From an uncultured Lentisphaeraceae bacterium (GTDB lineage: Bacteria > Verrucomicrobiota > Kiritimatiellia > RFP12 > UBA1067): a DNA stretch of 64,000 nucleotides. Of the stretch, positions 43,423-51,535 are shown in pieces. Below the pieces are notes generated by a model. The model was not told where the DNA came from. It worked only from the letters and a program-made list of their open reading frames with translations, and did no database searches. The DNA lies in assembly GCA_964636295.1 (NCBI GenBank), contig CAZWQY010000006.1:10486-74485 (forward strand), written 5' to 3'. Position 1 is the stretch's first letter; every line of letters begins with the position of its first letter. The translations under genes were made by a program, and so were the position numbers.

Positions 43423-45833
43423 GCGACCTCCTTCGGCGCCGGGCGGCAGATTGCCCAGAGCGCGAGCGCGTCGATGACGAGCGTGACGGCCGTCCAGAAT
43501 CCGAAGCCGCCGCCGCAGACGAGCAGGCCGATCTGATAGGACGAGAGGGCGATCACGTAGCCGACGGCGAGCTGGAAGCCCATCGCGAACCAGCCCCACT
43601 TCTGCGAGCCCATCTCGCGGAAGGTCGTCGCGATCGCGACCATGCACGGCGGCACGAAGAGGTTGAAGACGAGGAACGAGAACGCCGCCAGCTTCGGGAA
43701 CGCGCTCATGCCGCCGAAGAGGGCCGAGATGTTCGAGGCCGTCGTCGCGCCGCCGAGGTTCGCCGAGACGAGTCCGAGCGTCGCCGTCGCCTGCTCCTTG
43801 GCGATTTCGGCCGAGACCGTCGCCGCCGCGCCCTGCCACGTGCCGAAGCCAAGCGGCGCGAAGATCCACGCGATGCAGTTGCCGAGGTCATGGAGGATCG
43901 AACGCTCGATCTCCTCGTCCGCCAGAAGATTCAGCGACCAGTCGAAGTGCATGATGAACCAGAGGAAGACGCAGGCCGGGAAGATGATGACGCCCGCCTT
44001 GAGCATGTAGCCCTTCACGCGCTGCCACGTGTGGATGAGGATGCCGCGCACGGTCGGCAGGTGGTAGGCCGGCAGTTCCATCACGAACGGGGCCGCCTCG
44101 CCCGCGAATGCCCGCGACTTCTTGAGCGCGATGCCGCCGAGGACGATGATCGCGATGCCGATCACGTCCATGAGCGGCGCGACGTACCACATGTTGCGGA
44201 AGAAGATCGCCATGAACATCGCGATGATCACCGTCTTCGCGCCGCAGGGGATGAACGTCGCGAGGATGATCGTCATGCGGCGGTCGCGCTCGTTCTCGAT
44301 CGTGCGCGCCGCCATGACGGCCGGCACGCCGCAGCCCTTGCCGACGATCATCGGGATGAAGCTCTTGCCGGAAAGCCCGAACTTGCGGAAGATCCGGTCC
44401 ATGATGAACGCGACGCGCGCCATGTATCCGCAGTCCTCGAGGAACGCGAGGAAGAGGAACACGATCGTGATGACGGGCACGAAGCCGAGCACGGTCGCGA
44501 CGCCGCCCCACGCGCCGTCGTTGACGAGCGAGGCGACCATTTCGGAGGCACCGGCCTTCTCAAGCCCCTCGGCGACGAGCGCGCCGATGCCCGGCACCCA
44601 GACGCCGTAGTCGGACGGATTCGGCTCCTCGACCTTCTTCGCGGCGTTGTAGGCGGCTTCGTCAATGTCCCATTCCTCGGCCGTCTCGCCGGTCTCCTCG
44701 TCCTCGATGGACGCCTTCTTCTCGCCGGCCTCCCACGCCGCGACGGTGGCCTCCGCCTTCGCGAAGTCCTCGCATGCCGTGTCGTAGTCCTTGCCGTCGA
44801 CTTCGTGCATCGTGAACGGCAGATGCCAGCCGTCGCCGAGGAACTCGTCGTTCGCCCAGTCCGTGAGCCGCGTGCCCGGCCCGCAGTCCGAGACCGCGAG
44901 GAACCACATCACGCAGAGAGAGACGAGGAAGATCGGCAGCGCGAGGATCTTGTGCGTGACGATCTTGTCGATCTTGTCCGACAGGGTCAGAGCCTTCGCG
45001 TGACGCTTCTTCGCGACGGCCTTGCCGACGAGCGTCTTGATGAAGTCGTAGCGCTGGTTCGTGATGATTGACTCGGCGTCGTCGTCCAGTTCCCGCTCGC
45101 AGTCGCGGACATGCGCGTCGAGATGCTCCCGCGTCTTGGCGTCCAGCCCCAGGAGGTCGATGATCTCGGCGTCGCGCTCGAAGACCTTGACGGCGAACCA
45201 GCGGAGCGCGCGCGCGTCGACCTTGCCCTCGATCGTCTCTTCGATGTGGGCAATCGCGTGCTCGACCGGGCCGGTGAAGATGTGGGGAACGTCGGCCTGC
45301 TTGCCTTCCCGCGCGAGCGCCACGGCCCGCTCGGCGGCCTCGACGCTGCCCTCGTTGTGCTGGGCGCTGATGCCGACGACTTCGCAGCCGAGCGCGGACG
45401 CGATGCGGGCCATGTCGATCTTGTCGCCGTTCTTGCGCACGAGATCCATCATGTTGACCGCGACCACCATCGGCAGCCCCAGTTCGGCGAGCTGCGTCGT
45501 CAGGTAGAGGTTGCGCTCGATGTTCGTGCCGTCCACGATGTTCAGGATTGCCGACGGCGAGCCTTCGACGAGGAACCGCCGCGAGACCTTCTCCTCCAGC
45601 GAGTACGGCGAGAGCGAGTAGATGCCGGGCAAGTCCTGGATGACGACCGACTTGTTGCCCTTGAGAAGGCCGTCCTTCTCCTCGACCGTCACGCCCGGCC
45701 AGTTGCCGACATACTGGTTCGACCCCGTCAGCGCGTTGAAGAGCGTCGTCTTGCCGCAGTTTGGGTTGCCTGCAAGCGCGATCTTGACCACGCGCGGCTG
45801 TTCGCCTTTACCTTGGGTAATCTTGTTAGACAT
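43419..45833 (-). CDS. feoB: Ferrous iron transporter FeoB
   Basis: G-domain IALAGNPNCGKTTLFNALTG...VIQDLPGIYSL...VAVNMMD, followed by a large polytopic permease domain. Confidence 0.95.
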   Translation of the reverse strand: MSNKITQGKGEQPRVVKIALAGNPNCGKTTLFNALTGSNQYVGNWPGVTVEEKDGLLKGNKSVVIQDLPGIYSLSPYSLEEKVSRRFLVEGSPSAILNIVDGTNIERNLYLTTQLAELGLPMVVAVNMMDLVRKNGDKIDMARIASALGCEVVGISAQHNEGSVEAAERAVALAREGKQADVPHIFTGPVEHAIAHIEETIEGKVDARALRWFAVKVFERDAEIIDLLGLDAKTREHLDAHVRDCERELDDDAESIITNQRYDFIKTLVGKAVAKKRHAKALTLSDKIDKIVTHKILALPIFLVSLCVMWFLAVSDCGPGTRLTDWANDEFLGDGWHLPFTMHEVDGKDYDTACEDFAKAEATVAAWEAGEKKASIEDEETGETAEEWDIDEAAYNAAKKVEEPNPSDYGVWVPGIGALVAEGLEKAGASEMVASLVNDGAWGGVATVLGFVPVITIVFLFLAFLEDCGYMARVAFIMDRIFRKFGLSGKSFIPMIVGKGCGVPAVMAARTIENERDRRMTIILATFIPCGAKTVIIAMFMAIFFRNMWYVAPLMDVIGIAIIVLGGIALKKSRAFAGEAAPFVMELPAYHLPTVRGILIHTWQRVKGYMLKAGVIIFPACVFLWFIMHFDWSLNLLADEEIERSILHDLGNCIAWIFAPLGFGTWQGAAATVSAEIAKEQATATLGLVSANLGGATTASNISALFGGMSAFPKLAAFSFLVFNLFVPPCMVAIATTFREMGSQKWGWFAMGFQLAVGYVIALSSYQIGLLVCGGGFGFWTAVTLVIDALALWAICRPAPKEVA

Positions 45834-45870
45834 AACTAATTGACTCCTTAAAAAAAACGGGGCCGAGGTC

Positions 45871-46092
45871 TTACTCGACCTCGATCAGCGCGGCCTCGCT
45901 CTTGCGGATCGAGAGCTCGTAGCCGCGCACGGTCAGCTCCAGGGGGTCGCCGAGGGGGGCGATCTTGCGCACGGCGACTTCGGCGCCCTTGGTCAGCCCC
46001 ATGTCCATGATGCGCCGCTTGACGGCGCCCTCGCCGTGGAGGCGGACGACGCGCGTCGCCGCGCCCACGGGAATGTCGTTGAGTGTCTTCAT
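45871..46092 (-). CDS. feoA: FeoA family protein
   Basis: SH3-like FeoA pattern: VRLHGEGAVKRRIMDMGLTKGAEVAVRKIAPLGDPLEL. ATG 46092 is preferred over TTG 46116 because GGAAAG lies upstream of it. Confidence 0.8.
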   Translation of the reverse strand: MKTLNDIPVGAATRVVRLHGEGAVKRRIMDMGLTKGAEVAVRKIAPLGDPLELTVRGYELSIRKSEAALIEVE

Positions 46093-46127
46093 TTCGCTTT
46101 CCTTTTCAGATTTCAAAATGGCGTGTT

Positions 46128-46346
46128 TCAGACGGCCGCGCAGTCGATGCGGCGCGCGAGCTCGTCGTTGAGCGCAAGCCGGCTGTCGTGGATGCCGACG
46201 ATCTTGCCGCCGTCCGTGTCCTCGATGATGCGGACGATCGTCCCCGCCGAGAATCCGAGGCTGCCGAGATGCTTGCGCGTGGCATCCGCCCCGCCGACGC
46301 GCATGACGCGCGCCGACTCCCCGGCCTTGAAGAACGACAATGGCAT
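46128..46346 (-). CDS. feoA: FeoA family protein (second copy)
   Basis: ARVMRVGGADATRKHLGSLGFSAGTIVRII...GIHDSRLAL follows the FeoA pattern. It is the first gene of the feo operon. Confidence 0.75.
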   Translation of the reverse strand: MPLSFFKAGESARVMRVGGADATRKHLGSLGFSAGTIVRIIEDTDGGKIVGIHDSRLALNDELARRIDCAAV

Positions 46347-46421
46347 ACCTGAATCTTTTCCTTTCTGCGTGGGTGCGCCGCCCTCCGTCGGTTAGACGGC
46401 ACTAACTCACAACAGGCGCGA

Positions 46422-46451
46422 AGTTTACCAAATCTAATTTGCCGCTGTCAA
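46422..46451 (-). promoter_or_regulatory. Candidate sigma70-type promoter of the feo operon (TTGACA, 18 nt, TAAACT with upstream TGG)
   Basis: Minus strand: TTGACA-GCGGCAAATTAGATTTGG-TAAACT, about 75 nt upstream of feoA ATG 46346. Confidence 0.45.
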
Positions 46452-46498
46452 GGGGACGGGTGGGCGGCGGGCGCGACTTTTTTGCGCCAATGGTTTTT

Positions 46499-46507
46499 TG
46501 CTATAAT
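46499..46507 (+). promoter_or_regulatory. Extended -10 box TGCTATAAT, 9 nt before a 10-codon leaderless uORF
   Basis: TGCTATAAT-GTCCGCGCT-ATG(46517). The uORF stop overlaps ATG 46546. Confidence 0.55.
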
Positions 46508-46545
46508 GTCCGCGCTATGAAACCGGTTGTCACCAAATCGAAAAC

Positions 46546-46842
46546 ATGAACGCGCGAATGTCGTTTCGGGTCGTTTTCATCTTGCTGTTGGTCGCGCTGG
46601 CCGTCGGCCTTTGGCAGACGTTCCGCACGGGCGTGGACGGCGCGCGGCTGGCGGCCGAGATCCGCGCGGAGTCGGAGGCCGTCCAGGCGCGTCTCGACGA
46701 CCGCTTCGACCAGTTGGAGCGAAAGATGGAGGACGTCGAGGATCGGCTGGAACAGCACCTGGAGACGCTTGAAGACAAGATCGATCGGCTGATTGAGTTG
46801 GCGACGCCGCGTCTGCCGGACGGAATGGAGCTTGCGCCATGA
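46546..46842 (+). CDS. Small membrane-anchored coiled-coil protein (98 aa)
   Basis: TM segment FRVVFILLLVALAVGLW, then heptad-like RLDDRFDQLERKMEDVEDRLEQHLETLEDKIDRLIE. Its stop overlaps the next start (ATGA). Confidence 0.55.
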   Translation: MNARMSFRVVFILLLVALAVGLWQTFRTGVDGARLAAEIRAESEAVQARLDDRFDQLERKMEDVEDRLEQHLETLEDKIDRLIELATPRLPDGMELAP

Positions 46843-47303
46843 GAATCCTGTTTTGCTGCCATGGGAACATCTGTCGTTCGCCCATGGCCGAGTTCGTCAT
46901 GAAGAAACTGGCGTCCGAGGCAGGGCGCGATGACCTGTTCGTCGAATCGGCCGCGTTGCACACGGACGAAATCGGAAGCGACATCCATCCTGGGACGCGC
47001 GCCCAGCTGCGCACGCATGGCGTTCCGTTTGCGCCGCGCGCCGCGTGGCGGCTGACGGCGGACAAGGCGAAGACCTATGACCTCCTGATTGGCATGGACG
47101 AGGCGAACATCGCCGACCTGCGCCGTCTCGTCGGTCCGTCAGACCAGGGGAAAGTCCGTCTTCTGCTGTCGTTTGCCGGGCAGGGCCGCGCGATTGCCGA
47201 TCCGTGGTACACGGGCGATTTCGACGCGACCTATCGCGATGTCCGCGCCGGATGCACGGCCTTGCTGGAAAGGCTGGAACAGGGGTCCGCCTCCGTCTCC
47301 TGA
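46839..47303 (+). CDS. Low-molecular-weight protein-tyrosine phosphatase
   Basis: Active-site loop ILFCCHGNICRSPMAE (CX5R(S/T)) and DPWY near the C-terminus. Confidence 0.88.
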   Translation: MRILFCCHGNICRSPMAEFVMKKLASEAGRDDLFVESAALHTDEIGSDIHPGTRAQLRTHGVPFAPRAAWRLTADKAKTYDLLIGMDEANIADLRRLVGPSDQGKVRLLLSFAGQGRAIADPWYTGDFDATYRDVRAGCTALLERLEQGSASVS

Positions 47304-47310
47304 GCATTTT

Positions 47311-47319
47311 TGGTATACT
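47311..47319 (+). promoter_or_regulatory. Extended -10-like box TGGTATACT upstream of purC (80-nt leader)
   Basis: Member of the recurrent motif family. Confidence 0.5.
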
Positions 47320-47399
47320 ACGCGCTTCCGAGCGTTCGGGCTTCCGGACGGAGGCCGAGCGGTTTTCGGCTTTAGATTTCAGAGAGGGACAAGAGAACA

Positions 47400-48299
47400 A
47401 TGAAATATGACAAGAACCAGGCGTTGCTGGAATGCGCGATTCCGGGGCTTCCGCAGAAGAGCGGCAAGGTCCGCGACGTCTTTGACCTCGGCGACAAGCT
47501 GCTGATGGTCGTCACCGACCGCATCAGCGCGTTCGACGTGATTCTTCCGTGCGGCGTGCCGGACAAGGGCAAGGTCTTGAACCAGCTTTCGCTCTTCTGG
47601 CTCGACTTCTTCGGCGTGAAGAACCACCTCATCACGGCGGACGTGGAGGCGTATCCGGCGGAGCTTCAGCCCTACAAGGAGGACTTGCGCGGGCGTTCGA
47701 TGCTCGTGAAGAAGGTGAACATGGTCGAGGTCGAGTGCATCGCGCGCGGCTATCTCACGGGGTCGGGCTGGAAGGAGTACCAGAAGTCGGGCACGGTGAA
47801 CGGCGAGCGGCTGCGCGCGGGCTACGAGAACGCCTCCAAGCTTGACGAGGTGCTGTTCACGCCGACGACGAAGGCGGCGATCGGCGATCACGACGAGGCG
47901 ATCAACTACGAGCAGACGAAGGCGCTCGTCGGAGAGGCGACGGCAAAGGCCCTCAAGGACGCGACGATCGGCCTTTACACGAAGGCGGCCGACTATGCGC
48001 GGGCGCGCGGCATCATCATCGCCGACACGAAGTTCGAGTTCGGAAAGGATGCGGACGGCTCGCTCATTTTGGCGGACGAGGTGCTGACGCCCGATTCGTC
48101 GCGCTTCTGGCCGGCGGAGAGCTACAAGGTCGGCGCGAATCCGCCGTCGCTGGACAAGCAGTACGTGCGCGACTGGCTGGATTCGGTTCACTTCAACCAT
48201 CAGCCGCCGGGTCCGGTTCTGCCCGACGAGGTCATCGCGAAGACGCGCGAGATCTACGTCAAGGCCTACCGCGACCTTTCGGGGCGGGAGATCGGGTGA
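47400..48299 (+). CDS. purC: Phosphoribosylaminoimidazole-succinocarboxamide (SAICAR) synthase
   Basis: SGKVRDVF...LLMVVTDRISAFD...IADTKFEFG...LADEVLTPDSSRFW. Confidence 0.95.
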   Translation: MKYDKNQALLECAIPGLPQKSGKVRDVFDLGDKLLMVVTDRISAFDVILPCGVPDKGKVLNQLSLFWLDFFGVKNHLITADVEAYPAELQPYKEDLRGRSMLVKKVNMVEVECIARGYLTGSGWKEYQKSGTVNGERLRAGYENASKLDEVLFTPTTKAAIGDHDEAINYEQTKALVGEATAKALKDATIGLYTKAADYARARGIIIADTKFEFGKDADGSLILADEVLTPDSSRFWPAESYKVGANPPSLDKQYVRDWLDSVHFNHQPPGPVLPDEVIAKTREIYVKAYRDLSGREIG

Positions 48300-48308
48300 A
48301 GAAAATAA

Positions 48309-48405
48309 TCGAATGTTCGAATGGTCGAATGTTCGAATGGCCGAGTGATTGGATGACCGAATGAATTGGATGGTCGGATGGCGGGAAGGCCGGACGGCCG
48401 AATGA
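48309..48405. repeat. Degenerate 8-bp-period tandem repeat (about 12 units) between purC and ybaB
   Basis: TCGAATGT TCGAATGG TCGAATGT TCGAATGG CCGAGTGA TTGGATGA CCGAATGA ATTGGATGG TCGGATGG CGGGAAGG CCGGACGG CCGAATGA. Confidence 0.85.
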
Positions 48406-48437
48406 GAAGACTTCAAAAAAGAAAGAGAGAAACACAC

Positions 48438-48758
48438 ATGGGAATGTTTGATCAGGTTCGCGAAGCCATGAAGATGCGCGCGGAGTCGAAGCGCATTGAG
48501 GCCGAAATCAAGAAGATCACCGCCGAGTACGCGAATGGCGGCATCACCGTCGTCGCCAAGGGCGACATGTCGATCGAGAAGATCGCCATCACGCCGGAGG
48601 CGTATGAGGAAGTCCTCAAGGGCAAGCTCGCGCGCTTCGAGACGATGCTCTTCAACGTCGTCAACGGCGCGCTCAAGCGGGCGCGCGAATCCGTCCAGGC
48701 CGAGATGATGAAGATGATGCAGGCGGGCGGCGGACTCGGCGGGCTGTTCGGAAAATAA
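48438..48758 (+). CDS. ybaB: YbaB/EbfC family nucleoid-associated protein
   Basis: MGMFDQVREAMKMRAESKRIEAEIKK...VVAKGDMSIEKIAITPE, with recR immediately downstream in the conserved ybaB-recR pairing. The upstream part of the 48366 ORF is the 8-bp repeat tract. Confidence 0.8.
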   Translation: MGMFDQVREAMKMRAESKRIEAEIKKITAEYANGGITVVAKGDMSIEKIAITPEAYEEVLKGKLARFETMLFNVVNGALKRARESVQAEMMKMMQAGGGLGGLFGK

Positions 48759-49355
48759 ATGCTTCCGCCGGTTGACGAGCTCGAGAAGTGTCTCGCGCGG
48801 TTGCCGGGCCTTGGCCGGCGTTCGGCCGCGCGCGCGGCGCTTGCGCTCGTGCGCGAGAAGGAGCGGCTGCTGAAGCCGCTCGTCTCGTCTTTGAACGTGG
48901 CCGAGGCGACGGTTTGCTGTTGCACGCGCTGCGGGGCGTTCACGACGCGCGACGCCAATCCGTGCGCGCTTTGCACGGACGCGACGCGCGCGGGCGAGCA
49001 GCTCTGCGTCGTCGAAGAGCCGGCGGACATCCTGCCGCTGGAGGCGTCGGGGGCCTTCCGTGGCCGCTACCATGCGCTGGGCGGCAAGCTTTCGCCGTCG
49101 CGGCGGCTTGGCCCCGAAAAGCTGCGGCTCGCCGAACTGCAGGATCGCGTCGTGCGCGGCGGTGTCCGCGAAGTCCTGCTGGCGCTCTCGACGGACATGG
49201 ACGGCGACGCGACGGCGGGGTACATCGCCGAGCTTCTGCGCGGCACGGGCGCGCGGGTCACGCGCCTCGCGTTTGGGCTTCCCGCCGATTCGGGCATCGC
49301 CTATTCCGACCCGCTCACGCTTCGGCGTGCGATTCGCGGGCGGCAGGATGCGTGA
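48759..49355 (+). CDS. recR: Recombination protein RecR
   Basis: LPGLGRRSAARAAL (HhH), a C4 zinc finger CTRCGAFT...CALC, and a Toprim region VVEEPADILPLE. Confidence 0.9.
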   Translation: MLPPVDELEKCLARLPGLGRRSAARAALALVREKERLLKPLVSSLNVAEATVCCCTRCGAFTTRDANPCALCTDATRAGEQLCVVEEPADILPLEASGAFRGRYHALGGKLSPSRRLGPEKLRLAELQDRVVRGGVREVLLALSTDMDGDATAGYIAELLRGTGARVTRLAFGLPADSGIAYSDPLTLRRAIRGRQDA

Positions 49356-49382
49356 CGGACGATAGGCGCGCATGCGAATTTT

Positions 49383-49391
49383 TGGTATAAT
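49383..49391 (+). promoter_or_regulatory. Extended -10 box TGGTATAAT, 9 nt before the LptA-like ATG (leaderless)
   Basis: TGGTATAAT-TCACGCCGA-ATG(49401). Confidence 0.65.
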
Positions 49392-49400
49392 TCACGCCGA

Positions 49401-49964
49401 ATGAAGTTCCGTCTTTTTCTTTTGCTTTCCTTTTGCGCGACGCTGCGGCTGTCGGTCGCCGAGTCGTTGTCGTCGGCGGCGGATGCGGGCGAGCCGGCGG
49501 ACGTGAAGCCGGCGGCGACGCGCCTGGCGCGCATCACGTCCGACTCGACGTATTACGACCGCAAGGAGGGAATGGCCGTCTTCACGGGGCATGTCCACGT
49601 CGATGACGAGCAGTACCAGATGCACGCGGACAAGGCGTACGTCTTCATGACGACGACGAACACGCTCAAGCGCATCGTCGCGATCGGGAACATTGCGCTG
49701 ACGAACGAGATGAAGCGCGCCTATGGGGCGAAGGCGTCCTACTACAAGGAAAGCGGCATGGTCGTCCTGTATGGCGGCGATGGGCAGAACGCGGAAATCG
49801 TTGATGCGTCGAAGGGGCAGAACCAGACGCTGCGCGGCTCGAAGATCAAGTTCTGGATCGGCTCCGAGCAGGCCGAAGTCCTTGACGCGACGATTGTCGC
49901 GCCCGTTTCGGGCGGCGGCGCGTCGGGCTTGGGCGACGTCATTCGCGGGGGGCTGGGGCGCTGA
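49401..49964 (+). CDS. LptA/OstA-like periplasmic protein
   Basis: Signal peptide, then OstA-N style beta-jellyroll repeats (ITSDSTYYDRKEGMAVFTGHVHVDDEQYQMHADKAYVF...ASYYKESGMVVLYG). Confidence 0.55.
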   Translation: MKFRLFLLLSFCATLRLSVAESLSSAADAGEPADVKPAATRLARITSDSTYYDRKEGMAVFTGHVHVDDEQYQMHADKAYVFMTTTNTLKRIVAIGNIALTNEMKRAYGAKASYYKESGMVVLYGGDGQNAEIVDASKGQNQTLRGSKIKFWIGSEQAEVLDATIVAPVSGGGASGLGDVIRGGLGR

Positions 49965-49999
49965 CGGGCGCGGGCCTGTTGCAGAGCCGCGCGGCGAAA

Positions 50000-50008
50000 T
50001 GCTATAAT
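50000..50008 (+). promoter_or_regulatory. Extended -10 box TGCTATAAT upstream of OMP gene 50071 (62-nt CA-rich leader)
   Basis: Member of the recurrent motif family. Confidence 0.55.
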
Positions 50009-50070
50009 GTGCGAAACCCTCTGACCAAGAGATTCTAACCACCAACCAAAACCGAACCCGAAGGAGTTGC

Positions 50071-50973
50071 ATGAAGAAGCTGATGGCCGCTGTGTGCGCG
50101 GCATCGTTGTTGTCCGTTTTCGCCGAGGAAAAGAAGGGTGAGGCCGAGGGGGTTGAAACCGAGTCGTCGCGTTTTCTCACGGTCTGGGGCTTTGGCAACT
50201 ACGGCCTCTATTCGGGCTATCAGCTGTACGGGTCGCTCGTGAACGACAACCCGACGCTTCAGGGGTACGTTGACGCCAACGTCAGCATCGGCGACTTCGG
50301 CTATGTCGGCGTCGGCCTTTGGTCGAACACGGACTTGACGTCCCGCCGCCGCGACAACGAGCTGGGCCAGGCGTTCAACGAGTACGATCCGAACGTCCAC
50401 TTCGGGCGCACGTTCTGGTTTGACGACGACAAGACGTGGGGGCTTGACTGGCGTTCGACGTTCGTGTGGTTCTACTATCCGCCGAAGAACTACAAGGGCG
50501 GGCGCGTGTCCAACCACACGACGTGGGACTTTGATCACAGCCTTGCGCTCGTGAACCCCTACGTGGTTCCGTACATCACGGCCGTCCGCGAGTACTCGAA
50601 GGGCGCGAACATCCTGATCTTCGGCCTCAAGAAGACGGTCGCCGTCGACGACGGCCTCTCGCTCACGCCGTATCTTGAGGGCGTCTGGCGCGAATCGCAG
50701 TACAACTGGTGCTTCCCGACGGCGTTCGACAGCGAGGTCGGCGGCATTCGCCACGCCAATTCGGGCCTTGCCACGATGAAGCTGGGCCTCGACGCGAACT
50801 ACCAGATCAGCGAGCATTTCGGCCTCTTCGCGAAGGTCGCCTACTGTTGCGTCGTCGATCCGGATCTCCGTGACAACTGCGACGCGATCCGCGCGATGCC
50901 CTACAGCTGGTACAGCTACGGCTCGCGCAAGGACTTCGCGTGGGGCGGCGTCGGCGTGACGTTCAACTTCTAA
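50071..50973 (+). CDS. Putative outer-membrane beta-barrel protein (similar architecture to 41984-42892)
   Basis: Signal peptide MKKLMAAVCAASLLSVFA, alternating strands and a C-terminal VGVTFNF. It has a CA-rich leader with AAGGAG. Confidence 0.6.
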   Translation: MKKLMAAVCAASLLSVFAEEKKGEAEGVETESSRFLTVWGFGNYGLYSGYQLYGSLVNDNPTLQGYVDANVSIGDFGYVGVGLWSNTDLTSRRRDNELGQAFNEYDPNVHFGRTFWFDDDKTWGLDWRSTFVWFYYPPKNYKGGRVSNHTTWDFDHSLALVNPYVVPYITAVREYSKGANILIFGLKKTVAVDDGLSLTPYLEGVWRESQYNWCFPTAFDSEVGGIRHANSGLATMKLGLDANYQISEHFGLFAKVAYCCVVDPDLRDNCDAIRAMPYSWYSYGSRKDFAWGGVGVTFNF

Positions 50974-51050
50974 TCAACGATTTCGTGCTTGGATCAAGAG
51001 GGCGGGTGCTTTCGCGTTCAGGTGCAAAAAAGAAAACAAGGAAAGATCAG

Positions 51051-51422
51051 ATGGAAATCTATGTTGGTAACCTCGCGTACGCGACGACCGACGACGGTCT
51101 GAAGGCGGCGTTCGCGCCATTCGGCGAAGTTACCGCCGTTCGCGTTGTCACCGATCGCATGACCGGTCGCAGCAAGGGATTCGGCTTCGTCACGATGCCC
51201 GACGCCGCTCAGGCGCAGGCTGCGATTGACGCGCTGAACGGACATGAGCTCGACGGGCGCACCGTGCGCGTCAACGAGTCGCAGCCCAAGCCCCGCGAAG
51301 AGCGCGAGGGCGGCTTCCGTGGTGGCCGTGGCGGCTTCGGCGGCGGTCGCGGCGGTTTCGGCGGCGGTCGTGGCGGCTTCCGTGGCGGCGATCGCGGCCC
51401 GCGTCGCGAAACCCGCTGGTAA
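51051..51422 (+). CDS. RRM-type RNA-binding protein with an RGG tail
   Basis: IYVGNL (RNP2) and KGFGFVTM (RNP1), followed by a (GGFGGGRG)n tail. An intrinsic terminator follows the gene. Confidence 0.88.
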   Translation: MEIYVGNLAYATTDDGLKAAFAPFGEVTAVRVVTDRMTGRSKGFGFVTMPDAAQAQAAIDALNGHELDGRTVRVNESQPKPREEREGGFRGGRGGFGGGRGGFGGGRGGFRGGDRGPRRETRW

Positions 51423-51448
51423 TCGAAGGATTGCCATTCAAGAGAAAA

Positions 51449-51478
51449 GGGGCACGGCTGTCTGGCCGTGCCTTTTTT
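51449..51478 (+). terminator. Intrinsic terminator after the RRM protein gene
   Basis: GGCACGGC-loop-GCCGTGCC followed by TTTTTT. Confidence 0.8.
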
Positions 51479-51517
51479 GCGTCGCCCTCCGGCCACTTGC
51501 GCGAGGGGCTTCGGAAT

Positions 51518-51526
51518 TGGTATACT
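51518..51526 (+). promoter_or_regulatory. Extended -10-like box TGGTATACT, 9 nt before the pcnB-like ATG (leaderless)
   Basis: TGGTATACT-ACGCACTTA-ATG(51536). Confidence 0.6.
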
Positions 51527-51535
51527 ACGCACTTA

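Noticed and set aside
47320-47399. A possible purine-related riboswitch (such as ZTP/pfl) in the 80-nt purC leader.
   Set aside because: I could not find the conserved ZTP core elements, such as GGGTCGTGAC...CCGCCTGGGCA-type boxes, or any other recognisable riboswitch consensus. Only generic GC hairpins are present.
51300-51420. Tandem GGC/GGT-rich repeat at the 3' end of the RRM gene.
   Set aside because: It is explained by the RGG/GGF low-complexity tail that is common in bacterial RRM proteins. It is not an independent element.
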